From NCBI RefSeq assembly GCF_023055435.1, contig NW_025964301.1, forward strand, positions 1,054,001 through 1,118,000: a stretch of DNA of 64,000 nt, in the 5' to 3' direction. This DNA comes from Haliotis rufescens (taxonomy: Eukaryota). Positions 13,101-23,800 of this stretch are shown in pieces. Within the stretch, counting starts at the first letter, position 1; every line of letters begins with the position of its first letter. The position numbers were made by a program, and so were the translations under genes. The notes beneath the pieces are model-generated. The model saw only the letters and a list, made by a program, of their open reading frames with translations, was not told the DNA's origin and did not search any database.

Positions 13101-15571
13101 GCTGGTGTAGTGTGGCAGTTGGCAGGTGTAGTGTGGCAGTGGGCAGGTGTAGTGTGGCAGTGGGCTGGTGTAGTGTGGCAGTTGGCAGGTGTAGTGTGGC
13201 AGTGGGCAGGTGTAGTGTGGCAGTGGGCTGGTGTACTTTTTCTGTATTCAATATTTTATATCTAGATTAAAACTGTGTACAGTTCTGTTATAAAGTGTTT
13301 GCCGATGTTTGTGTACACTTTTCTTGTGTTATCTGAATGTCAAATGCAAGCCTTTCAAGTATGGGATACAAAATAAGAAACAAATATGAAGCAAACATGG
13401 TACAAATGATACAAATATGATGCAAAGATGATACAAATATGATACAATTACGATGCAAGAATGAAAGAAATATGAAAGAAATGATAAAAATATGAAACAA
13501 ATGTGAAACAAATATGTTACAAGTGTGATGCAAATATGAAACAAGTGTGATACAAATATGACACATGTTTCAGATTTTGATGAGCAGACAGCGGATGACC
13601 TGAATGTTGATATGAGTGGTTATTACGAGGATGGTGCTGGGGACGGTGACGCCAGGGACTACATCACCCTCCGTCAGGAACAGCGTCGACGCGAGGGCCT
13701 GGAAGAAACAGACAGGTTCTCTGTGGGCATTGGGAAGTTTGAGAAGCATACAAAGGGCATTGGACGGAAAGTGCTAGAACGCCAGGGCTGGCAGGAAGGT
13801 CAGGGGTTGGGGAACACCATCACCGGAATATCAGATGCCCTGGACAACGATGGTCAACACCCTCGGGACAAGAAGGGATTTGGGTTAGTGTGGCTGGTAC
13901 TGTCATCAGCCATTTCAGGACATGATGTGATATAGATTGCATTATTCAGATGATGTTGTTGGGATGACATATGACAGTTAGAGGGTGTAGGGGCGGCCCA
14001 GTCGTCTAAGGCGCCGCGATTCGCTGTGCAGAGTTGCGACCCTCGGGCTCACCAGACACCTATGATTGTGGGTTCGAAACCGGGTTTGCCCCGATTTTGT
14101 TCCTAGGTTTGTCAGCACCATACCCATGCTCGTGGGTTTCACCGAAGTTGTAAATGTCTGAGACCTGCATCACTTCGGGCTTTCTTCCCACATTAGGCTG
14201 ACACGCCTTGATATAACTGGAATGTTGAAAGCGGCGTTACTCACTCACTCACTAAACATGTTAGATGGACTGATTACAGTAGCACAGGTAACGTTTTCCT
14301 ACCGAGACAGGAACAGACAGTCATTTAGTTTACTGTTCCCAGTCATATTTTACTTGTCTTTATCAGATGTATATTGGAGAATTGAAAGCCTTCAGTTTGG
14401 GTTCAAATCCCAGCCCCAATTGCCATCATTGGTCTGTCTGTACCATGTCATAACTTACCTGAGAAGATCCGGGGTAGAATAGGTCTTCAGCAACCCATGC
14501 TTGCCGTAAAAGGCTACTATGCTTGTCGTAAAAGGCGACTAACGGAATCGGGTGGTCAGGCTCGCTGACTTTGTTGATGCATGTCATCGCATCCCAATTG
14601 CGCATATGGATGCTCATGATATCAATCATTGAATTGTCTGGTCCAGACTCGATTTTTTACAGACCGCCGTCATAAGCTGGAATATTGCTGACTGTAGCCT
14701 TAAACAACAAACAAACAAACAATTCTGAACTTGGAGTGTATATCGTAACAGGACTGAAATGTCAGTTATACCCAACATACCTAACAAAACGTCATGTTCA
14801 AGATTATTGCACTTATATAGCGACGTGCATGCATGTGTGTGTCTGTGTGTGTGGCTGCTTGTACTAGTCCGGGCTGATGCCGATCTATAGTGCTAGCGGG
14901 GCGGTCGGGTAGCCTAGTGGTTAAAGCGTTCGCTTGTCACGCCGAAGACACGGGTTCGATTCCCGACATGGCTACAATGTGTGAAGCCCATTTCTGGTGT
15001 CCCCCGCCGTGATATTGCTGGAATATTGCTAAAAGCGGCGTAAAACCATACTCACTCACTCACAAAAGTGCTAGCCCACTGAGATACCATGCTGCAGTTT
15101 AACATGAATTCCCCACTCAGACACAGTATACTGACTCTGAGTTGACCAGTCCTTGTTTTAGCCCCTTAATGCCGAGCTGCAGACAGGGTAACAACAAGTA
15201 CCATCTTTTAACGTCTTTTGGTATGACGCGGCCGGGGATCGAACGTCCAACCTTCCACTCTCCGGGCGGACGCTCTACCACTAGACCACGGAGGCTGTCT
15301 TGGCCAATGAGAGACCAAAGCAGCAAAACAGATATTGCCTGGAACCTCTTCATATTTTAACCACTGTTTTGTTTCGTTCAGGTACCATGGTGAGAAACTC
15401 ATTCGATTCGGAGCCCAGAACATTAAGAGGCAGTTCATTCGGACGGAGACTTTGATAACAACAAAATATGATGAGCCTGATGTTGTTGACCCACCAGAGA
15501 AGTTGTTGCGGAGGAAGGATCACTATGGGCTGAAACACCGGTCCCACAACGAAGATTCTTCATCACGTTGA
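6751..15571 (+). CDS. GPATCH3: G-patch domain-containing protein 3; 5 coding exons: 6751-7144, 10435-10997, 11800-11974, 13574-13883, 15382-15571 (1632 nt, 543 aa)
   Basis: GT-AG junctions with matching phases (1,0,1,2). Hallmark peptides FHFRHRPE, LPELHPPDIMPHGNVGTP, EEWERHEA, FEEEIELKWEKGGSGLVFYTDAQYW, DFDEQTADD and the G-patch GIGRKVLERQGWQEGQGLG...KKGFGYHGEKL. Confidence 0.93.
7273..7778. mobile_element. MITE in GPATCH3 intron 1
   Basis: Perfect 18-bp terminal inverted repeat CAGAGCTCCAGATAAGCT / AGCTTATCTGGAGCTCTG. Confidence 0.75.
8333..8456 (-). mobile_element. SINE A, internally deleted
   Basis: Family A ends; TSD CCCTATAAGAG. Confidence 0.8.
8620..10297. mobile_element. Non-autonomous foldback-type DNA element
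   Basis: ~50-bp terminal inverted repeats (AATTGGTTCTCAGGCAAT core); internal inverted arms ~9545-9790 vs ~9990-10220; hairpin 8720-8798. Confidence 0.65.
10435..10997 (+). CDS. GPATCH3: GPATCH3 coding exon 2
   Basis: Acceptor TTTCAG ending 10434; donor GAG|GTGAGT at 10998. Confidence 0.9.
11800..11974 (+). CDS. GPATCH3: GPATCH3 coding exon 3 (absent from the ORF track)
   Basis: TTCCAG|GAC...; encodes DNDSCEEWERHEA...KWEKGGSGLVFYTDAQYWQEKEG; donor G|GTAGGT at 11975. Confidence 0.92.
11975..13234 (+). repeat. G-rich 21-bp minisatellite (GTGTAGTGTGGCAGTGGGCTG) with four embedded copies of the GPATCH3 exon 3 3' end
   Basis: Read directly from the sequence. Confidence 0.95.
13380..13565. repeat. 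Degenerate ~11-bp tandem repeat (ATACAAATATG)
   Basis: Read directly from the sequence. Confidence 0.6.
13574..13883 (+). CDS. GPATCH3: GPATCH3 coding exon 4 (G-patch)
   Basis: TTTCAG|AT TTT GAT GAG; donor GG|GTTAGT at 13884. Confidence 0.92.
13983..14252 (+). mobile_element. SINE B (also 11103-11374)
   Basis: Family consensus. Confidence 0.8.
14460..14722 (+). mobile_element. SINE-like family C (other copies ~3323-3507, 29385-29560, 44402-44630, 55138-55375, 60985-61168)
   Basis: GAAGATCCGGGGTAGAAT...GGGTGGTCAGGCTCGCTGAC...CTGGAATATTGCTG...TAAACAACAAAC. Confidence 0.8.
14898..15066 (+). mobile_element. SINE A inserted into a SINE D
   Basis: Full-length copy; TSD AGTGCTAGC at 14889-14897 and 15067-15075. 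Confidence 0.88.
15382..15571 (+). CDS. GPATCH3: GPATCH3 last coding exon
   Basis: TTCAG|G TAC CAT GGT (YHGEKL); TGA at 15569-15571. Confidence 0.88.
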
Positions 15572-16989
15572 TGTAAATTTTATTCCATGAAATATTACCT
15601 GTTATATTTGTAATATGGATTTTATTTTCATAATAAATTTTGTATTTTGCTGTTTTATTGAGTCTTGTTTGTCAACTGATTTCTTTCTCTTACCTGGCCT
15701 GGAGGTGTTGGTGAAACATGTTGTTTTTGGCTTGCCTTACAGTATGCCATGTGAGATTCATCTTCCCTGGGCAAGAGCGTCCACTCGCCTTTTTTATCAA
15801 AGTCTTGTTTCCACCCTTGCCACATCAAGCCCACTTTCCTGTGCTAAATATGATTGGACTATCACAAAATCAACATCCAACTGGTACACCTTCGTATGAA
15901 AGTGATTTACGACTGCCTGTCTTTGTTGAAAGGAATATGTCTTGTTCGTTTGTTAAATCCCCTAACGGTTGCCTATGTTTTTGTGTCAGGGATGAAATCG
16001 CGGATATTTTCGTTATCTGATCGACAAGGTCTTCGCCTATGGTTTTTTGTGAAGCCATACAAGATAAGAACAGCGATCTTATTGGATATCGCATTTTCAT
16101 TACAAGGAGCGCACTCATGATCTACACAAGGTGGCGCCTGGGTCGAGCCAAGAGAGTGGCCTTGCTGTGGTAAGGGTAGAAACTAGGCCTTGATATAGGC
16201 AAGCGGACACAGGAAGATGAGTGAGTTTGTCCATCATCCGTCCTGTGTTTGTCATGTGTCATAGACATCTTCTCCTCGGAAAGCACTGGACCAATACAGT
16301 TTAAACCTACATGCTTGTTTCCACAGTGATGACACCAGAATCTTTTGAAAAGGTTCAGATTTGATTTCAATATGGCCACCTTGCCAGCCATATTGAAAAG
16401 CTACTTATGGCCACCCCACTGTCATTTGGCCAAAACTTAGTCATTTTTGTTGAAAATGGAATAAAATTTGATACATGTGCACAGTTAGTAGTGTGTTTAG
16501 TTTGACCCTGTTCTGACCATGCTCTTAAGTTCTCTCCAAGGCATTTTGGCTCTGTAAACTTCTCTGAAATTGGCCAGCTTCGGAAGTTTCTCATGAAGAC
16601 ATCAGATTTTGTTCAAATCATAAAATTTTAGTGTTAGTTTTCAGTCCTCAGTATGTATGCAGAAACTATTTGAATATCAATACCGAGAAACTTTTGTAGG
16701 TGTCTGTCTTTGTTGACATTTTAAATTGTTGACTACATATCCAGGTGAGCTACAGTGCGGGTGATACTATGTCACTGTTTCCTTCTGGTTGACATTGCGG
16801 TAAAAATGCCAGTTTTAATCTCTGTCATTCTGACTGGTTGTTGGATTGTGTTTGGAGGTTTCTGATATTTGTATACTGGCCTCTGCTCTTTATTTCCCCA
16901 TTCATCTGTGCTCAAAGAAGGGATGAAATCCAGGTTCCCTTTTTTTACCAACTTGATAATAAACCTGTAGCTCAACAAGAACAGTTCTT

Positions 16990-17800
16990 ACGACCTATCC
17001 TGACGCAATGTCATCGACAAGACCGTCAAGGTGTAGCCGAAATCACGTCCGTCAACCTCGGTTGTGTTAGAGGACTGTTGTTTTTACAGACGAGTCCAGA
17101 TTTAACATATCCCAAAGTGACGGACATCTACGTGTCTACATACGTCAAGGGGAGAGTTATGCTCAAGCCCGTATCATGGAGAGGAATCGCTTTGGGGGTG
17201 GTTCTGTGATGATTTGGGTGGGATAAGTGCACGTCAGAGAACCCCTTAGGTTTTGGCTACGGAGATCAGATTCTCGGACCAGTGGCAATGCCGTTTCTTC
17301 ATCGTCATGACCCAGGATTGACATTCTAACAGGATAGGATAGGGTTTCTAGGGGTCTTCTTCTTCTTAATTACTGGCTTGGCCTCCAAATTCACTTGATC
17401 TCTCCCCTATAGATCACTTTTGGGATGAAATGGTGCGACGTCTACGCCGTGTACCGAATCCGCCAGATAAAGTTCGTGATTTTGGAGCAGAGTTGAAGGA
17501 AATATCGAAAGCCATTCCATAAGTCCTCCATGCCCATTTGATAGACTCCTACTCGTCCACTATGCACTGCTGTTATCGCTCCCCCTTTGGGCATACCCGT
17601 TATTGAGTTTGTGACATTGCTGTTTCACCCCTGCCCCGCATTTGGACTCGTAAAGTCAATGTCATTGACTTTAAACATGCTGTTATGCTGTCGTCTGATG
17701 ATTCAATATCCACCTATTAAAGTTTACATGGAAACTTTTCATTGTTAGTATATTTTCAAATTTTGAAATAATTTTCACAATCCACAGTTTCTTTTTGTGG
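16990..17800 (+). pseudogene. Decayed Tc1/mariner transposase (DDE region)
   Basis: Frameshifted motifs ERNRFGGGSVMIW (~17180) and WPPNSLDLSPIDHFWD (~17375), matching Tc1 GGGSVMVWG and WP..SPDL.PIE..W. Confidence 0.75.
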
Positions 17801-18372
17801 CCATCTTCCAGAGGCAAGAGAGTTAACTGGCTATAAAAGTTCAGTTTCCACCCTTGCCGAACTAGGCTGGTATTATGGAGTTACATTTTGTCTGGACTAA
17901 CGAGTCTATGCATAGACTAATCAAAATCGCGCACCGAAATCAAAATCCGGTTCGTAAACTGTCGTGCAGATTTCAATCGATTGCAGGATTTGGAAAGCAT
18001 GTGCACCGCCAAGTCGTCAGCAGATATTTTCCAAATCCAGCCAATAGTGTGTTTGCTCCATACTCGACATATTTTTTCAATTTTTCTGACATACTTTTTA
18101 CTTACTTTTTTTTACCTAATCTCTCTCAGGTCTCACTTTTTTTTCCACAGGACCTCATTCTCGGTCTTCATCTTCATTTTTAGGGGGCACGGGTGGCCCA
18201 GTCGTCTAAGGCACACAAAAAACCTACTATTATTGTATTCAAACATGGTGGCAGACCCTCAAGACATCAAAGATGGTCCTTTGTACCACGTAAAACTGTT
18301 AGGTCCTGTAAATATCTGGGTCAAATGATAACTCCTTTGCTGATATTGACTACAGCTTCTAATACCCTCAAA

Positions 18373-18643
18373 GGGGCACGGGTTGCCCAGTCGTCTGAGG
18401 CGCCGCGATTCGCTGTGCAGAGTTGCGTCCCTTTGGCACGCCAGAAACCTATGCTTGTGGGTATGAATCCCGGTTCGCCCCGATTATGTTTCTAGGTTTG
18501 TCAGCACCATACCCGTGCTCGCTGGTTTCACCGAAGTGAGACCTGCATCACTTCTGGCTTTCCCCCCACATAAAGCTGACACGCCGTGACATTACTGGAA
18601 TACTGTTAAAAGCGTCGTTAAACCCAACTCACTCACTCACCCA
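18373..18643 (+). mobile_element. SINE B
   Basis: Family consensus with a short internal deletion. Confidence 0.85.
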
Positions 18644-19308
18644 CTCTTCATTTTTAGGACGTGCATGTTGTATAAAAAGTTTACCTCTTTAAGAATGCAT
18701 ATACAGTGCATATTGTCTACACATTTAAACACCTACCATCGACTTTAAGGGCAGGTCGATAAATGAATATGCTGCATAATTATGAAAGGAAATTATCATC
18801 GATAATAAATACTTGGTGATAGATCTACCAACCTACAGATCGCACACAAACTAGGCAAGAGAAAGATGTTGCACAGTCAAAGGTGACAAAGTGTTTCATT
18901 TCTTTAAACAAATCTGTTAATGATGAGGTCAGTACGAACGAGAATAACACCCCATTCTTGGTGCACTGATCTATTTCAACCTATTCTCCCCAGGGAGCTG
19001 AAAATGCAATTTGAATGCAAACTGCTCTGCCTTACGTTAATAATGTTATCCGCTTTTAGGCATACCCTTCAAGGTTACGTATCAAGGTCAGAATGCTCAC
19101 GCTATTGAACATACGCCCATGGTCTTTTATATATACTAGCCTACAAAAAACGGTACAATGTGTGAAGCCCATTTCTGGTGTCCCCCGCCGTGATATTGCT
19201 GGAATATTGCTAAAAGCGGCGTAAAACTATACTCACTCACTCACTCACTCACTCACTCACTCACTCACTCACTCACTACAAAAAACACATCCTGTGCGCG
19301 CACGCACG

Positions 19309-19346
<38 letters not shown>

Positions 19347-19904
19347 CACAAATTGTCATGGATTTTTCAGAACCATGCATTGAAGTCACATGTGCAAAAG
19401 CTTCAGTACTAGAAGGTTTAGTCGCCATTTGTTTTTTGTGACTTTAAAATTCATCGACAACACACGGAGTATTCAGTGGTGTTCGTGACACAGGTCGATT
19501 CCAGTTCAATGCATGTCTACAACAGATGTCGCAATTTCTCTCGGAACAAAACCTTGTCGGCGTTAGAGGCAACACGTTTTCAGCTGGCATTTTAAAACCC
19601 ACCCGGAAATCAATATCCCACCACATCAACACATTGCTCACTCACTGGCTGACCGGTCCGAGGTAAGTTGTCCTACATACCCCTGTAACACAGGATGCTT
19701 GACCAGGTGTATGGAATATATGCTTGAAGGAATGGCCCATCTAACTTCTATTCAATTCTCTATTGATGTTAGTCTTTACAGCCTATCAATATATGTTTAT
19801 GATATGAAACCTTCACATGCGCGTTGTGTTGCGTTATGTTCGGTGTCTAGCCTCAATATCCCCGATGTATTACGATGTTTATTCATTGTGATGACTTGAC
19901 AGGA

Positions 19905-20330
19905 GTATTCATTTTGTTGACGTGACATTGAACAGTTCATTATGTTGACGACGTGACAGCGGACTATTCATTATGTTGACTACGTGACAGTGGACTATTC
20001 ATTATGTTGACGTGACAGTGGACTATTCATTATGTTGACAACGTGACAGTAGACTATTCATTAGGTTGACGACGTGCCAGTAAATTATTCATTATGTTGA
20101 CGTGACAGTAGACTATTCATTATGTTGACGACGTGACAGTAGACTATTCATTATATTGACGACGTGACAGTGGACTATTCATTATGTTGACGTGACAGTG
20201 GACTATTCATTATGTCGACGACGTGACAGTGGACTATTCATTATGTTGACAACGTGACAGTGGACCATTCATTGCCATGGTAACGTCACAGTGGACTATG
20301 CATTGTCATGACGACTCGACTGGACTATTT
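19905..20330. repeat. ~28-31-bp minisatellite (GACGTGACAGTGGACTATTCATTATGTT)
   Basis: Read directly from the sequence. Confidence 0.9.
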
Positions 20331-21364
20331 CAGATGTTGGTGAAGCAACAGTGCACAATTGTTACGGTGTTATGTTTCCAAATTAAATCGCGAAGTTTAA
20401 CCCAGAAATCGGTACGCACTGAAATAAATAAACACAAGATCAATGAATAATCAATATTAGTGGCAACAGCAATACGTTACGGGACCTAGAATCAATGTAT
20501 GTGCACTCAGGAATGTTCAGAATATTGTCACTGATGAAAGTATTGAAAGAGGCCTGTCTCCGTTCTTGAATCAAGAATACTGTTGGAAGCTGACAGGAAT
20601 TCGGTCTTACCAAACATTGTGTCCAATCCGCACTTGATAAGAAACAAGTCGGGTCCAAACTCCTCGAATCACCCCTTGCTGCCCCTGTATAGCTACAGTC
20701 AGTCTATTAGAAACTGTCCCATCCAGAAACTTCTGGAACGTTCAAGCCTGTCATGTTCATAAACAGCGCAAAGGTAGATAACTCTAATTATAGTCCAAAA
20801 CCATTCTACCCGCTACTCATTCGTGACCAACTCGTGTTATTCCTGGACAAGCCGAATAGCCACTCGTGCTCCTCTCGTGGCCATTTTTGCGACCATCTTA
20901 GTGCAAACGGGCATACCTAAAACAATTGTCAACTCGTTGCGTAATGGTTCACACATTTTTCCCCTATATTATATATATTTCAGATGCAATTTATAGCACA
21001 TCGGGACGTGCGGAATTATACAGTATGAGTGAACACATTTAACTGTGTCTTGGGTATATTTTTAGATGCAAGACATATGTAAAATCAAAAATTATTTCTG
21101 AGGGATTTTGATACAAAGAACTTGAAATCATACGCGCATTCTGATTGGTTTGTCGTATTTTCGCACATAACATTCATCGATAGGGGGACGAGTCTTCTTG
21201 CAGGTTACGCACTCAAGTATGTACACAAGGTATAATAAATGCTTTGGGTGATTCAACATATGTCACACTTGACATACAAGATTAAAATACAGTTTAGCTT
21301 TGTGTTGATAACCGGGAGTTACTATACAATTACAATATACATAAGATATTTTTTGTCATCGTAG

Positions 21365-22108
21365 CTAGGAATCATTGTAGGTTCGCAGTCGTTTCCTCAA
21401 AGATTGGGACTTTTTCCCTTTTAAACTTGCTTTAGCATTTTCCTTCTGGGATTGTCTTTGTACATGTTTTGCAACTGCTCTTCCGCGGAGTATTAAAAAT
21501 AGGTCCACAATGTTCTCCAAGATAGAGGTTTTAATTTTGTCCTCAGAGGCAATAGGCTTGTCCCAGTAAAAACCAACTGTGATGTCTTGCATTATTGCCT
21601 CTTTCAGTGCCATCTTTGCAATTGCATCCCTGTTCAGACCCTTTAAACTAACTGCCAGTCTGCAAATTGTCTCTATTTTTCTGACAAGAAAGAAAAAGTT
21701 ATCCCCACAGACTTTCAAACCAACACGGTTCACTTTCACTGTCCACCTTTTTACCTTTGTGACAAAATCGGGAGACTTCTGGGTAGATGACGCACAGGGA
21801 TTTGTTAGAATAGATACAGAGGCGGTACCTTTCTTCATTGATTTTTTCTCCATTGCATAAATTAAATATCCTGATATGTAGAATAGGACTGAGTTGTCTT
21901 CGTCTGTAAAGGATTCTACAGATTTCTCCGTTTCCTTCTGTAGACTTGATGTGAAGTTCGTAATTGCACATCTGATTAGGTCATCAAGGAGACACTGAAT
22001 AAAAAAATGGACATGCATTTCCGTCTCGTTCGCAACTTGTAAAACTACAGATCGCAGCCTGGCACATAGATCAAAATTGGTCCCCATTGAATGAAATTTA
22101 CTCCACAT
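21365..22108 (-). mobile_element. Probable DNA-transposon-derived ORF fragment (247 aa)
   Basis: Intron-free ORF with YISGY and NRVGL motifs resembling the Y[IV]AGY / RGGL motifs in C-termini of P-element/THAP9-like proteins, plus a basic tail; no gene context. Confidence 0.4.
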
Positions 22109-22962
22109 GAGTTCCTTGTCCGTGAGAGGACATACAAACTTAACGTGCTTTTCATCTTATGGACATTTACAGTGCGAGCAGAGAGACCCCTCATCACCAA
22201 CATTTACCTTTACGTACGTTTTGAACACCAAATGTATTATTTCCACTTCTAAATTTTAACCAAACCTTTCTGTTATTGAGTACATTAAGTTTTTGGACAT
22301 TCTTGTTTCAGTGTTAAATAAAAGACAAATGATCGTTCGTCTGGTATATCTAGAGACGTGAATGCAAGTTTTGTTTAGCACAATCGAGGATACGTTGTTT
22401 CTGGACAAAGATACATGCTTCTTCAGTACCATCTCCCTGGGATATCCAAACATGTCCGGAGCCGTAACTAAACAACAAATTTCTAATATGAGATGAGAAT
22501 TTGTACCATTTCTATATTTTCGCTTTGAGTGTATTACCACAAGTCACTACCATACAACACTATCGGTACTATTTTTGTTTCAGTTTTGGAAAGGCATTAT
22601 TCATAGATATAAAAATGGTATTTATGCCTAAGCGTTTTGATGGTATACAGTGTTTTACTTGCCTGTTCTGCGAGGGTTATAGAGTGAGTGAGTGAGTTGG
22701 GTTTAACGCCGCTCTCAACAGTATACAACGAGTCTGACCACCCGATCCCATTAGTCACCTCTTACGACAAGCATGACTTGCTGAATACAAATTCTAAACC
22801 GGATCTTCACGGGGGATGGTGTTCTGAGCTCCTTGTCCGTGTATTGTGCGTCTAAGGACCAGTAACAGTCAATGGCGTTATCGGTATTTGATGTAAAAAA
22901 AACTGTATTCTTGTCAGCCATTTTACGAATAAACTGCCTGGAACCTTTTCAAAGAACATTGT

Positions 22963-23225
22963 AAGTGAGTTGGGTTTAACGCCGCTTTTAACAGTATTCC
23001 AGTTATATCACGGCGTGTCAGCTTCATGTGGGAGGAAAGCCTGAAGTGATGCAGGTCTCACTTCGGTGGAACCAACGAGCACGGGTATGGTACTGACAAA
23101 CCTAGAAACATAATCGGGATGAACCGGGATTCGAACCCACAATCATAGGTTTCTGGCGTGCCCAAGGGACGCAACTCTGCACAGCGAATCGCGACGCCTC
23201 AAACGAGTGGACCACCCGTGCCCCT
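22963..23225 (-). mobile_element. SINE B
   Basis: Family consensus with the same internal deletion as the 18373 copy. Confidence 0.85.
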
Positions 23226-23800
23226 TTGAGGGTATTAGAAGCTGTAGTCAATATCAGCAAAGGAGTTATCATTTGACCCAGATATTTACAGGAGCTAAAA
23301 GTCTTACGTGGTACATAGGACCATCTTTGATGTCTTGAGAGTCTGCCACCATGTTTGAATACAATAATAATAGTTTTTTGTGTGTATTATTTCCATTCCC
23401 CATATTTCACAGCATTTTGGCAAGAGATATAATCGTCTTTTTATTTTATAGTAGTGTCTGCTACCAGTATTATGTATTTTGATTCTTAACAACTAAAACA
23501 ACAGTCACAACAAGAACAACAGAACAACTTGATGAGGGAAGTTCTGAAGACGGTGCAACGAACGCCAACTAGTTTTTATTTTAAACATTTTCGGATTTTA
23601 TTGCGTTATAATGTTAGCTAAATGTATTTAATCCGTGAGTGTAGATTTTTATTTCACAGATAAATCCGTATCAATATTCCCACCGCTTTGACGTTTTTTA
23701 TTACCATTATAATGAAGATATTTCCTTTTTACTTTTAGGCAATATGGAAAAGCATGCGTTGCGCTTTTTCCCAAGCTCACCATGAAAACAAAACGACACA

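Noticed and set aside
11869-13270. 460/461/209-aa repetitive ORFs (HQPTATL, GWCSVAV, WQWAGVV)
   Set aside because: These are translations of a 21-bp (multiple of 3) intronic minisatellite. The real coding frame here is GPATCH3 exon 3, which splices out at 11975.
14898-14970. tRNA-Asp-like and tRNA-Leu/Ser-like sequences
   Set aside because: They are SINE heads fused to a common body and tail, present in many copies with TSDs; they are not tRNA genes.
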